Of a stretch of 64,000 nt of DNA, positions 23,301 to 37,009 are shown piece after piece (within the stretch, counting starts at the first letter, position 1; each line of letters opens with the position of its first letter). Where the stretch lies: positions 43,778,401 to 43,842,400 of the forward strand of contig CM120641.1 in assembly GCA_051362555.1 (NCBI GenBank), read 5' to 3'. The notes beneath the pieces are model-generated. The model was given only the letters and a program-made list of their open reading frames with translations. It made no database searches and was not told the DNA's origin. The position numbers and the translations under genes were made by a program. The stretch is from Lingula anatina (lineage: Eukaryota > Animalia > Brachiopoda).

Positions 23301-23989
23301 TGAAGTAGTCATTTCTCTTCATTCAACAGCTAGTATTGAAGAATTGTTGCCTTTAAAAAAACAGTGATGTTCAGCTTTTTCAACCGTTAATAAAACACTA
23401 ACTGAATAATAAACAGAATTATCATTCATAATATTCATTTACCACTTGGCAACAAGGCCTCAGACTAGAGGCATTTATTTTATCCTTTGCGCTGTACACA
23501 TGCCGATGGAAGCCCTAGTAAAGGACAGCCTTTTAAACCACTTTTTAAAAATTATTTTTGATGTATAAATTAATATTTGGGTATATATGACAAATAAATG
23601 AGAATTAGAGTACTTTGATTAAGACGGAACAATCTGACTTGGGAGCGACGGCTCAATTTTCGGACAAGACGAGGATGTACGTTTTAATTCCTTGATAATT
23701 TTTTTAATGCACAGTGGAAATACACTGTTGATGGTGTCTTCCATCGACATGACAGTTTTAACAATATTTCATGTCTATAACTAAATTTTAACTTAGCATT
23801 ATTGGGGAAACCTACCATCGGAAAAACAAATCCCTCATTATAGTCGGTGTGTTCTCCTATCAGGTTTACTCTTCCAGGCGCACATGCAGCTAACGTTGGC
23901 TTGTATCCATAAAACCTCTCAAACTGACTCGTCGCATTTTTCAGTAATTCTTCCACTTTCGGAATCGGTTGTCCACTTCCACATGCCAT
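14316..23989 (-). CDS. GALK1: Galactokinase (GHMP kinase), 7 exons, ~396 aa
   Basis: Exons 23989-23816, 17685-17496, 16899-16641, 16328-16147, 15488-15338, 14999-14837, 14387-14316 (1191 nt, phases consistent). Signatures [60 protein letters not shown]. Confidence 0.97.
18807..20250 (+). mobile_element. RTE-clade LINE remnant (RT fragments + 3' end), split by an L2-type insertion
   Basis: [26 protein letters not shown]..., [26 protein letters not shown] (to ~19250); resumes at ~20131 with [21 protein letters not shown] and a (TGA)n tail at ~20240. Confidence 0.7.
19252..20130 (-). mobile_element. L2/CR1-group LINE, 5'-truncated 3' end
   Basis: ORF 19466-20020: [54 protein letters not shown]; 3' UTR ends in an (ATT)n tail at ~19255-19280. 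Confidence 0.85.
20745..20957. mobile_element. MITE (hAT-like) 20745-20902 with 15-bp TIR and 5-bp TSD, followed by a 42-bp tandem duplication of its right end plus flank
   Basis: CAGGCCCGTAGCCAG...CTGGCTACGGGCCTG flanked by TTACA on both sides; 20874-20915 is repeated at 20916-20957. Confidence 0.85.
22161..22586. mobile_element. Foldback/palindromic MITE (PIF/Harbinger-like termini)
   Basis: Ends GGGCAC-TCAGAAC..GACTAAATATGGC..CACTT vs AAGTGGGGTCAGCCATATTTAGTC..GTTCTGAATGTGCTC, plus nested internal inverted arms (22267-22430). Confidence 0.7.
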
Positions 23990-24434
23990 AACGTTGCAAA
24001 AATCTGTTCTGTTCTGGTTTTCCAAGTTCTTTTCAGTTATGATTTTTTTCGAAATCTCTCCGTTTTTAGATGACACACCTCTTGGTTTCTCGATCCCTTT
24101 TGTTTATGTCTAGTATCGGATGTTGGAAAGTGTGGCGTAAATGCCGCGTGGCAAAAGATTTGATTTAATCACCATTCTATTAAAACTGTGTACACGTGAA
24201 AGGTTAAATGATTAAAATGTTAACATCATTTTAATTTATAACCGCCAAAATCTGTATGATTTTTTACTCTTTGCAAACGAAACCGAAACAGATTGCATTT
24301 TACGACTTTACAAAGTACCTACTTCAGAAGGCGGCATTGATTTAGTTTCCAAAGTACAATCAAGAATTATCGTTATATCGGCTGATGTCCACCGGACATG
24401 TACGGCGTGACAGAGGATTTGTCTGGAATTAACG
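23990..24434. promoter_or_regulatory. Bidirectional promoter region between GALK1 and the RUN-PDZ-PTB gene
   Basis: Divergent ATGs 445 bp apart; CpG density is locally elevated. Confidence 0.75.
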
Positions 24435-25159
24435 ATGTCTGTGAGTGATCCTTTATTAAAGAAGTTAAAAGGTTAGTAGAATTTATGTTCTGGACGTGTT
24501 TATATGGACAAGGAATAACTTAATAAAGATCCGCCCCCTGCGAATGTTATTCATTGTCGCTGACGATGCGGCAGCGATGTCGCTGGCCTACAACAGATGG
24601 AACATCAAATCTTATTGAGAGATTTTTTAATTTTAATCTTTCATTGGTTGATTTTTGTATCAGTATAGCTGTTTATATGTTTCTCAAATGCATCTCGACT
24701 TGCCATCTGTATACATGCAGTAATCTGTTGGTGCTTTGTTGAAAACTTATAAAAATGTCATATTTGATCAGTAAGCTTGGTATAGATTAATTATTGATAC
24801 TGATTTATTTAAATGAAAGTTTGAATGTAAAGTGAAAAATTAAAAGTGATTAACACAAAAACAAAAACAAAAAAAAACTGTACAGGAAACTGTTCCAAAC
24901 TAAACAGTATAGTATACAATTGTCAAATGCACACATACTACAGTAGTACTACTAGTATACATTCATTCATTCATGTACACAAGCACACACCTACTCACAA
25001 TGGACAAAACAAGCTCCATTTAAGATCACACATATAGGTACTAGTAGATACCAGTGAGTTGAAAACAACTCAACTTTTTCTGGCAGCTGACAGCTGAATC
25101 AAATTTGGAACAATACTACAGTCTGTACTTGTCTACAAACAAACCTGGGGTAGCGCTAG

Positions 25160-25204
<45 letters not shown>

Positions 25205-28200
25205 TAGCCAAATCATCACTTTTTTGTCAATTTGTTATGAAAATGGTTTTAATTTGACTAAAATTTGTCAAATCAAGTCCTTTTTGTTCAGCCAATTTAA
25301 GTCAGTTTTAGCATTTGGCAAGTGCTAGCGCTACCCAAGCAAACACTAATAGTTCTATATATTGTTTTATACATTCTACTACTGGAAATAGTCATTTTAT
25401 TTTCCCTTGAATTTAGAATATTATAAAAATGTTTAGCTCTCTTAGAATCTTTTTGTCAATTTTAGTAAGCATTGTAGTGTATTTGACACTATGGGGAGCT
25501 CAATTTTTCTTGCAAATTATCAATATCCATTTATTAAGTTTTTGTCATTGCGAATAGAAATATTACTACTACATGTAATTAAATCTAGTGAGATTCATAC
25601 TTGGAAATATAACATATTCTTCCTCAGGTTTTATCTATGAGTTGAGAACAGGAGAAGGCCCAGTTGAAGATGAGAACACTTACTTGAAACCACTCTGTGA
25701 AACCATAGAGGAAATTCTCAGGAAAGGATTGAGTAAGTTTGCACGAATGTGTATTGAACTGCATTCATATCAGTTTTAAGACAAAATTGTTTCTCACTAT
25801 ACAAGAACCAGAAACCAGGGACCACCCCTTTTATAATTTCTCAAACCTATAGGAAGTGTTTATACAGTAAGAAACATGTAACTTGATAATTACTGTATAA
25901 ATTTATTTTTGCTTTATGTAGAACACCTTACCCTGCGGCAGCTTGTTTCAGTGGATGTCCATTATACATATTGGACCCTGGGTTAGCATTAATTTTATAA
26001 AATGGGCTACCAATCCATAAATTGTGACAAGACAAATATTAGAAATGCTGACAATTTTAAGATTTTATCACCTTAATAGTACAATGTGAGTGATTTTAAA
26101 AAATTGTCATTTTTAAGAATATTATTAATCATTTTCTAGAAACAAGTGGGATGTTTCGGCTCAGTAAGAAAGATTATTGGCACTGGATAGATTCTCTACC
26201 TAACAATACAAACATCAGGTACAGTAAGGCTGAAAGAAGGAAAAACAGTGACATCTACCATTCTTATCTTGCCATTAGATGCTATAGGCATTTTAGTGTT
26301 TGGTGATGTACTAACAGACCTGGGATATTATGTTGGCAAATGTATTTTGTGATGCAGGGTAGCTTTATTTTAATCAGATTTGGGATGTATTTGGAAAATT
26401 TCAGCATTGATTATTTTGTCTTTCATGCAGTTAACCTTCAAATCACTGTCACAAGTAATCCCAATATTTACATGAAAAGTTGACTTGGGCAGATTAAGTG
26501 ACATTATGTAGTATATAATACATCAGTTAACTTAATTTCCTCGGCCTGCATATGGCAAATTACTTTTTAAGTGAGAAAATTCTCATGTTATGGTTTGGTA
26601 GATTTAAGGAATGAGTGGTTAATCTGTTTCAAATTCCAGAGTGAATCCTATATTTTCTATGGCAGTGGAATATGTTCGCTCATCAAAAAAGGTACATTTG
26701 CATTAAGTCCTTCAAGTCTTTTGTGTGAGAGTTACTGGTTAGTTTGAAAGTAATTGTCATAAATTTATGAATGCCTTGATATAATGATTGGATGTAAATT
26801 GACCTTGACTTTTGACAATTTAGCAAAGCATTCAAGGACACACGTGAAATTTAAGAAAGTAATGTAGCATTTGATGAGTTGAGACTTACAGCCATTCTCT
26901 ATAAAAGAACGAATTTCTTGTACATGTAGCCATTCTATAATGATGAGAGGCATAATTACATATAAGACATTGAAGGAAGATATAGTCATCAACAACCATG
27001 GGAGAGAAACATGTATCTGTAACTATTTCACAATCAAGGAAGAGATAATCATTCCAATTAAAGCATATCAATTGTTTTGCAGCTAAAAACAGCCCAAGGT
27101 AGAGGCAGGCTGTTTATCCGCAGTGCTCTACAGAAGAAAGTTCTGTCTGTGCCCCTGGAACAGATCTTGAAGAATCAAAAGTTACTAGAGGTATGTACTA
27201 GTACATGTGCATTGTGAAACCATGGATATGAAATGATCCCTCAGTTTGTCATAGTTATTCTGCCTCATTTTCCATGTGCAGCTTCTCACTCTCTGTCCAG
27301 ATATTCAGTTCCATATATCATGACTTGAGGAGATTTTTTTTGCACCATTGCCCAAAGTTTCTATCAAAACAACATGGCATTGATCCCAGGGGACAGCAGA
27401 TTGCAAGTGTTGCTGTAGAAAAGCGTTCAGGGGAAATGTATTGATTACAATTAGAAAGTGAATGTGTTTCATTGATTTGACGTTGAAAGCAGTTTAAAGA
27501 CCACAGAACAATGAAGGCTTAGGTAAACTTGCAGCTGACAAAGATTGTCTAAGTTGTCAATAATTGATGGCTTTGTCCAGGGACTTGATGTGTTTATGAT
27601 AGGGTGTTGAGAGTCCATTATTTCTGAAATGTCTTTTATTTTGGAGGCACACATTTTGATCTGATCTCTGCTGGGCTCATTCTAGGATAAAATTTCTTCT
27701 AGACAAAAAGTGGGGTAATTTTAGCCAGACCTGATATTGGAATTTAAGTAGTTGTAATTTGTAGATGTATTTGAATCAAGTTGACATGTCAATTAATTGC
27801 AACCTAACCCAACCAAATGCAATTATATAGTTTCTAATAGCATAATATAAAAAAATACCTATTTGAAAAGAGTATCATTTCCTCCCGCCCCCCCCCCCCC
27901 CCACCCCCACCCAAAATGATATTTTAACAGAGACTTCCTGCTTATTTCTGTGCGTGCTATATATGTAACTATCTCATTTAAGTAATTATGCTGTTGCGTG
28001 CACAGCAGGGATGCAAACTGGAGGGATGGATAAATAACTCAATTTTACGACCAGAAATCTGAAGAAGGTGAAGTTTGAAAGCTTCTTTTTTGGCTGACCA
28101 AATGATTGATCTGGTTTATCCTTTGGCATATGTCTTAATTTGAGTCATGTAAAAAACTGCTGGTAGTAGTAGTGATATATACAATGTATGTATTACAGCT

Positions 28201-31200
28201 AGTACAAGTAGTAGTGATGTATATGTGTTACAGGGAATCTATGCTCACTTCATATGTAACTTTAAATAAGTGAACTCATTTACATTATTCCAAACTTAAT
28301 TAAAATGTGTTTAGCATGTGGTAAAAATTGACTGTGCTTGTATGAGCTCTGCTTGATGAGGCTAAATTTGCACCTGGTAAAAAACACCATTGCACTGATC
28401 ATGCTGCCCTTATGTTCAGCATATGGCAGATACGTATACTTTATTGGTCACAATAAAAGGATTTATGTGGTATGATGTTATCAATATGTTTTAATATTCC
28501 CAGGGAACCAAATTATTACAGCCAACAAGCCTAATGATGAGAGACTCCCTTGAATTCAGGCACGCATAATGTACCTTCACAGCAAATACTAGTACCCAAG
28601 GCAAATTAACCTCATTCTGCCAATGAAATTCACTCTGTCATAGATTTTCCAACTGCCAAAACATGTACATGTACATGAGCATCCATATATTTCCTTACAG
28701 AAACAGTCAGGTTCCTTTTTTTCTTTTCATTATGAAATGTTTTTATCACATAAATTCAAAGCATGGGGGATTTTTAAGCACTTGGGTTTCTGAATCAGTC
28801 TTTTGAATTTATAGTAATTAGGTGTCTTTCTTTCTTTTCTAGCAATGGTATGATCCCACAGAGTCCATCCTACACAATGAAATATTGTCAGGTATGGGAG
28901 ATTGATGATTGATAAATAATAGTAATACTTGCTTTTCAGTGACTTTTAATATATTAGTTTAAAAGCGTACAATGTACATTTACGTACATGTAGCAGATAA
29001 AGAAAAGTATCAGAATTTCTAAAATTATGATATAAACACTTTGGTGTAAATTTCTATTTATTTCCACTGATAACAACAACAATAATAATGATGATGATGA
29101 TGATAATAATAATAATAATGATATTTATTTATTATTCAGAAATCTTAATGTCTTTGCTGTTTGAGGCCACTGAGATACAGTTTGACCTTAATACTAGGGT
29201 GAGTCCTGGAACTGGTTGGGAGTGAAGAAAGTGACATCATGTGATCATTTCAGTCTGTTTTTATTTATTTATTTATTTATTTTGCAAATGAAAAATACAT
29301 TTAGAATAAATTATGGAATAATTTCAGTGTTTAATTCAGTATTTTTAGAATGAATTATAAATCTTGCATAATAACTAGTTTCATTAAAAGATTTGTCATT
29401 GATTTTCAGAATTCCAGTTTCCTTGATGAGACTTGGTATATTTCTGTAAGTTTGTTATACGAGAATTGAAGTATATAAATTAATTTTCTTTTTTTGCATT
29501 TTGTAAATAATTTCAATTTAATAAATATACACAAGTTTATCTTAATAGTCTGGAGATATTTTAAGATGAAAGTTTGTTAGATTATAATCTTGAGCAAAAG
29601 CTTTTATGGTTAGTGACAATTGAAAAGAAGTCATCTTAGTGACAAGGAAGTCAATAATTATTTAACAAAAACTCATCCTCTGTTTTTCTGCAGTGGTGAA
29701 GAGAATATAAATTTGTCCCAATGTGTATTTAACAAAAATGTATCTTCTGTTCTTGCAGCGATACAGAGACTATGAATTTGTCCCTTGTGATAACCTAGGT
29801 GTTCATGTAAAGTGAGTACAGTCAATGCCAGTCAGTCAGACCCAGCACAACACTACAAATTAATATATAATTTAGTCCAAAAATAAATTCTATAGACTAT
29901 GATAAAATGATATAAAACAGACACCGAAATTTCCTTATGTCCAATCTGACTAGTCTCTTTGTAAAAGTTTCTTTTTTTGTTATGCCAAATCTGTCATTTA
30001 TTGAAAGCTGACATGCTGAGTCTGTACTGAGAAGATTGGCATAAAAAGGCAACAAGACTGAAGAGCACAGAGTGCTTTATTAGTACAAATATTAGAACAA
30101 ACATTAATAGCAGTAGAAGATGCTTAAAAAAGTAAATCATTAAAAGTGCAGCTGATCGGAGCAATATAGAGAGAGAAGGAGAGAAAAGTGCTTACATTGC
30201 TTGATATTTTTTATCACAGCTACAAACATGTTTTGGAATTAGTTACCTGTTTTACTGTACCATGATAAGTACTATTTTCACTTCAGTTATATCAGTAACA
30301 GAGCCTTTGTGATAGCTGTAGATGAGAACAGTGTAGCATCAGAATATGTGAGTATGAAATGCAAACCATGCAGTAGTTAAAACAAATATTTCATGTGTTG
30401 GGTGGATCCATTCACTATAATATACAGTACCTTGTGTTTAACAAGTTTGAAAAATGAGATTATTAATACTTTTATTATAATTATTATTTCTGTGTATAGT
30501 AAATTTTCCAAATTGTATCAGCTGCTTGTTATTTAAACTTTAATTTAACATTTCAAACCACAAGTATTTGCATTTTGAATACTGTAGTCCTAGATGTTGC
30601 ATAACATGTGCATAAAGTCACCAGATGTGTAATTAAATGATCTTTTTATCCATGCATCCTTAGTATAATGTTAGGCCACATTCAGAACAAGTTGATCAGC
30701 TGACTAAAAGATCTGCCAATCAAATATGGCCAACCCACTTGAAAGCTTGCCTTGTAATCCCCATGGTGAATCTATTCAGTGTCTATTAGGGGATTATGCA
30801 GCAAGCTTTCAAGTGGGTAAGCCATATTTGATCTGCAGAACAACTAATTCTGAAGGTGCCCTTAGTTAACACAATATCAACTTTTCAGCATCGAATTCAG
30901 CCAGGAGACATACTTGATGAGTTATATGGAGAGGCGTTGAAAGGTGTCAAACAGGGAAGAGTAAGTTAATCTAGTTTCACTAGTTACTAATAACTAGTTA
31001 GGCATGATTTCAAAGGAATACAGTAGTATATATAAGGAGATTTTTTTATTCAAAGATTCAAAACAAGTGAGCTGATGACAGGACGTTTATTTAACATGTT
31101 TATAAGTCTAGAATGATCTGTGCCCTGTGTAATTAGTTCTACATGTATAATGTGTCTGCACAAGTGTTTTTATGTTGTTTCAGATTCCAAGTTTACTCAG

Positions 31201-32923
31201 GCAGAACAAAGGATGGCCAATCACTTTATCTGTTATCAAGGTAATGTGGCTCTGAGGCCTATTACCCAAAATAATTAAACAACTGAAATAATTCAGACTA
31301 AAACATTAACTTCATTTCAGGATAAATCCACAGTAGTCCACTAAATAAAGAAGTAACTAGACTTTGTAACCAAAGATACAGTTTTGACCTAACATTAATC
31401 AGTTAAATCCAGTATGATCAAACATTACAAATTTTTTTATGAAAACTGGTGAAAAACTAATGTTACATGTAGTTTAGAGCTCTTTTGATAAGCAGACCAG
31501 ATATTAAAAAACTTGATCATTAATGCATTGCTGCTCACCTTATTGTCAGTGTCACACCCAAAACACAATCACAACTGGCACAATCTTGTCAAAGCGACCT
31601 TGGGTGTGGCTGTCATGAATAAGATGATACAATGAGTGCTTGAAAGTTCACAGAAGCAATAATTGCATCATTTATGAGGAAGTTTTGTTGATAAGACTCC
31701 AAACTCTTGAAAGCAGTGTAATAAACATGACATATATAAATAACCAGTAACAAACAATTTGAATGAAAAACATATATCGTATTGATTGGGTCAAAATATT
31801 TTTCATTTTTAGTGCAAATATAAAGATGGCCGCCTCTTCCCTCCTATAGCAGAAATGCTGCGATGCATGGATACTGATCTTCCCTCCCTGTCCTCCATCA
31901 TCAAACATGCACGTGAAAACAAGGACGAGGTGGATTTGAACAAGAAACCTCCCCATGCAGTCCTTCCAGAGGATGGATACAAAGACGTCCCTATACAGAC
32001 ACCAGAAAGCAGGTGCTGAAATGTTTTTATTTGCAGACATATTGTTTCTTTTTTAATTTATTTAATCATTTTTTTTTTTTTGGTTATTTAGTAATTTAAT
32101 TTATCAATATACTTTTAATTTTAGTTTTTAAAAGTTTTTAATTGAGAACACTTGAAGTGGGATTTTGTACCTGTGTCTTAATCATTGCAGACTGCCATAA
32201 CAGGTTTTGCTGTAATAAAGCAAAAGACATAAAAGGATGGGACACTTTGAATGTTAAGAGGATATTTCTTGTTTATTTATTTATTTATTTATTTATTTTT
32301 AATTTATTTTTATATTTATTTATTTATTTTATTATTATTTTTGTATTTTTTTTTTTTGCGGGAGACTCTGAATGGTAAGAGTTCAAATGTATTTATACAA
32401 GCTACTTTTTATGTATTACAGAGCCAGGTACAGAGTGCAATATGTGGGAAAGACTCATGTAGGTCAGGTATGTACTCTTGAATCTAAAAACCTCAGTCAC
32501 ATTCAGTAAAGATAATCAACATCTTTTCAAGCAGCTGAAGGTTATATATTATACCATTAGGATTAAGATTATTTTCAGGATAATCAGTTATTGAATACAT
32601 ATGTTTATGCATAAATTTGCAATTCATTGAGACAACTATTTATTTAGTTAGTTAATTTTTGCTTTTGCATTAATTTTTTTTCATTTATTTACTTTCAGAG
32701 ATAAGATAATTAATGTTCATCATATTTTATTGATTGATTGCTGAAAATTTTAATTATTATTGTATTTTTCACATTTCATTATTTGCTGAATGTCTGATGT
32801 ACAATAACATATTTAATACCTATTTTATCAGGATGGCAGTATGTGCCAGATAGAAAATGCAGTGGCTACTGTACTTAGCAATAATCCTGACCACAGGGTA
32901 AGAACTTTAATTAATTAATTAAT

Positions 32924-32966
<43 letters not shown>

Positions 32967-35319
32967 TCATTGTGGCTACTGTATAAATAATCACTGTGAT
33001 CAGAATGAGTAAGAGAATTCCTATGTGAGAAAGATTTATGCAATAAATTTTTTTTGTTTTGTTAAATAAATTGAACAAACCAATTATTTTTTCATTCGAC
33101 ACATCATTTCACAGGGTTGTTTAAAATACAGCTAAAATGTTACAGATCAAAGTATTTAGAATACTTCTCTGTGAGTGTGTTATTCTTTGAACTTTATAAA
33201 AAAACATGAAAAATATTTTTTATTGTTTCATATCACACAGTTTTATCAGGTAACCTTGAATTTTGCACAAGTTGGAGAAAATTTTATGTTAAGTTTTCTG
33301 TACACTTTTAGGTTTGTGTGCGGTAGTGTTGGAAATTGCTGGTTTATTTTTGCAATTGATTTGTGTCATTAGATCTTTTTATTTGGTGTGGCCACACCCT
33401 TATGTGTACCTGTATAAAACACCTCCTATAGGTCTGTCAGGTGTGTGTATGGGTATGGTTACCCCCATGTATTAATTACTAAGTACACAGCACTCAGCAC
33501 TTTTTGAATTTGTCAGTTTTACATAATATGTAAAAATAGCACAGTTTTTATGCAGTTTCTTCAGTTACTTTGTGTGAATGTGCACAGCTAGTTATTTGAA
33601 AACTGTGTTATCGGTAATTATGACATTTTTGTTTGCTTTCATCTTAGCCATAGATACAGTACTTAGATCTAAATTGAATTTGGCATGACAAGTGCAATGT
33701 TACCAACATTACTTTTTGTTCACAAAAACTACACCACAGTTCAAAGCATTTTACATTGATATATATGAATTAACTTTATTGTTTTCATATTTCATCACAA
33801 GAATTAAGATGTGTCTGCTCAGTATTATTTAGAAAATTTTACTGTCTTTGTAAATGCATATTTTCCCAAATTCACCACCAAATCACTCATTCAATTCGTT
33901 CAAGTTTGTGAAATAATACAAATCGTAGATAAGAAGGATATATTTTACTTAATATATTAGATGATTTTTTTTCTCAACTCAGGATGTTGATGTGGAGCTG
34001 GGGGAGACAGAGGTGATCACAACTATTGTGGAAACAAATCAGGTATCCACCAGCTCATGTTGTACTTCTTTTTCATTTCAGATTATTATTTCAACCAAAG
34101 TTGGGATTCTTTGAGTTCTTCTTTAAATTTTTGAACACAAAAAAATTGATAAAAAATATTGTACATAATAGTAAAGGATATTAAGTATTCCCTAGTTTCA
34201 CCATTCTTTTCTTTTAATTCTTTTGGCCTGATATATGCATGCTGAGTTTAAAAAAAATTGACCCCACTTTAAAAAATCTCTCTCATCAAAATGTGTTTAA
34301 ATCAGTTTTATCACAGCATTCTCACAGGGTTAATGACTCTTTGCCTTTACGTATGTTCTACATGTCATTTTAGGTGTTCTTCTTCTGTTAATAACATGTC
34401 AAACAATAGTGTGTATGCATTTTGTTCTGTTTTGTTGGCAACCCCGTGTTTGTCCCATTAGTAGCTAGTAGAGTACAACAACTTGCATTAATTTCCACTT
34501 CATTTACTTAAGTGCAGTATATCTATATGTTTAAAAGCCTAAGAAGATCAACCCACCCAATATAAGCACTAAATATAGCAGAGAGATATCCATTCACTAT
34601 AATCATCATCACACTAAGGCATTAGATATAAGCTGATTGCTAATAACAATATACTGTGTTGTTAGTTCTGTATTACCAAAACAAGCACATTTTAGGAGTT
34701 TCTTATTCAGAGCACAAAAAATTTAATTGATCAAGTAAAAAACAAATCTTTTTAATGAGCAGTGTTGTGTTTACATAACTACATGAGTCACTGAAAGCAT
34801 GTTTGCCTGCATTTTTTGTATCTGTAGAAACAATCTTATTTTTGAATTACTGATTTTTTTGCCATCAACATTTTCTTCATTTTTGCTTTCCACATAATGA
34901 TTCATTATAAAATAATGGAACTATAACCACCTACCAATTCTGTTAATATCAATATTTAATTTTGAATAGTATTTTATGAAATAAAGTATGATTATGATAT
35001 TTTAAAAGCAATTTTGAACCTAATACATAGTAAAAAAATAGAACAATATTTTAGCTATAACCATACTCTCTTACCCTTATTATTTCCACTTATATTTTTC
35101 AGGAAAAGTTGCGACATGCATACCCCTTGATCTCATCATGTGGCAGAAGAGAGGACAGTTCTCAGTACTTCGGCTATATAGCTGGGTAAGTGGACACTGG
35201 GGAAACTGTGGCACTGTTGATTCCTTAGGCATATCATTGTGCACAAACAGTAATTGTGATTATTAATAAAGCTGTAGGGGAGCATACAGCTGTTAGTGAG
35301 AGCATGTGCATGCCCCCCC

Positions 35320-35367
<48 letters not shown>

Positions 35368-36333
35368 GATCTACCTTTGCTATTTTGCAAGTAGACTGCA
35401 ACTTTTAATATCACATCAATGCTAGATTTGGAACAACAGAAAGAGATTTTTGATATATCTTTCTTGTTTTTTTTTTCTCATGGAGGTTCACCACTATCAG
35501 ACAAACCAGGAAGGGAGGGTACATATAACCCCAGTAATTCTATATGATGACACATCACAGTATGTTTACTGTTACTGTTCCTATTATTGTTATTATTGCA
35601 ATTGCTATATTGTTGATATTGCTGATATTGCTTTCCCTATTGTTATTATTTCAGAGAGACAACCTGCACAATGTCCAAGGATTTTATCTGCTATGTTTTC
35701 AAAGCAAACTGTGATAATGAGGTACAATTACAAACAGTATATTTTGTCTCAGAAAAACATATTTTTTTATAAAGGAATTCCCTCAAAATATTTTGATATT
35801 CTTTTGATATTCAATAACAACTTATTGAATGTAAACTTAATTTGTATCATTTATACATGTTTTATGCTAAGTATAAAATAGTAAAAATTTGAAAATTATC
35901 TACTTTATAAGTAACACAGCCTTGTGTGCAAAAGTCTGTCAAAAAGTTGAATTGTTTTTATTACATTGTTTTTTTTAAACGTGTGTTGTACATCTTTGTA
36001 GGCGAGAATACTCTTATGTGGAATAGGTGAGTAGTGAAAAATAAGATGAGTTTCATGACTGCAGTATTTCTGTGCTGTAACACAGTAAAATAACCCAATA
36101 TACTAGTATATATGATGGCTCCATGGGGGCTGAGAAATAATTGAGTGGAAGCAAATATATGTGAATGTATTGTTTAATTATTACAATACATCAGTTTGAA
36201 TGACAATTGATTTCAATATCATTCAAGAAATGTTGTTGTATATTCAGATTCATATCTGTTTCAACTTGTATAGGGGAGTTCTTTGTTTTTTACAACAGCT
36301 CAAGGATTTGGAAGAACACATTGGTTTGTATAA
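24435..36333 (+). CDS. RUN + PDZ + PTB(PID) domain protein, 20 exons, ~449 aa
   Basis: Exons 24435-24471, 25628-25732, 26140-26218, 26640-26691, 27083-27190, 28843-28891, 29140-29198, 29410-29445, 29759-29811, 30287-30347, 30889-30960, 31184-31240, 31813-32012, 32422-32467, 32832-32897, 33983-34042, 35103-35185, 35655-35721, 36002-36026, 36299-36333 (1350 nt, phases consistent). RUN: LCETIEEILRKGL..DYWHW..TAQGRGRLFIRSALQKK..WYDPTESIL. PDZ: LGVHV..VIAVDENSVA..IQPGDILDELYG. PTB: YRVQYVGKTHV..ISSCG..FGYIAG..FICYVFK..ILLCGIAQGF. Confidence 0.88.
25145..25339. mobile_element. MITE with ~17-bp TIR, internal poly-T and 5-bp TSD
   Basis: CTGGGGTAGCGCTAGCA...TGCTAGCGCTACCCAAG flanked by CAAAC on both sides. 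Confidence 0.8.
30671..30864. mobile_element. Shorter copy of the palindromic MITE family seen at 22161-22586
   Basis: GGCCACATTCAGAACAAGTTG..AAATATGGCCAACCCACTTGAAAGC...GCTTTCAAGTGGGTAAGCCATATTTG..TTCTGAAGGTGCCC shares arms with the 22.2 kb copy. Confidence 0.75.
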
Positions 36334-37009
36334 CAACTCTGGAAACACTAAAGAGGATACAGTAGTGACATTGCCATATTGGATCTTGTCTCTTTATCCA
36401 TATGCTCACACCTAGTGGCCAAAGACCCCAATCTCATACAGCTATAATCTTTTGTTTTGTTTTGTGGAAAGTGGAATCGATATGTTTCTATTTTGGCAAT
36501 GGAAGGGATGTGTTCCCATAGATGCTAGTCTTATAGGTAGAATTCTCAGTTTTTGGAAGTGGACGGAATAGAATGTGTGTTGCCACAGATCTCGCATTCT
36601 TAAATATTGACATTTCAGTTTACAGGAAGTGTAAACAATATGTTGCCATGGATACCAGTCTCTTGTAGACTGAGATATGAGTAGACATTTCAGTCCTTAG
36701 AAAGTGAAAGTGATATGGCCTGAAACCAACTAAATCTCCACATTTAACATTTGAAGAACTTTTTGAAGTTTGTCAACTAGAGTTATGCCAAAGATATTAA
36801 TTTTGTATTTAACCAGAAAGAAGTGATATATCACAGTCTCTTGGAAAAATTATTAGTTTATAGGAGATGGAAATATCAATAATAGAATTAAGATTATGCC
36901 AAAGGTACTTGCAATTAAGCCGAAAGGAAACAAAGTTGTTCAACCTGTTCAACCCATTCATAGATATTGGGACAAAAAATACCAATTTTGGTTATCAAAT
37001 TAGTGCTCC

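Noticed and set aside
23990-24076. N-terminal extension of GALK1 suggested by ORF 23684-24076
   Set aside because: It starts at a non-ATG codon; the ATG at 23989 gives a normal-length galactokinase.
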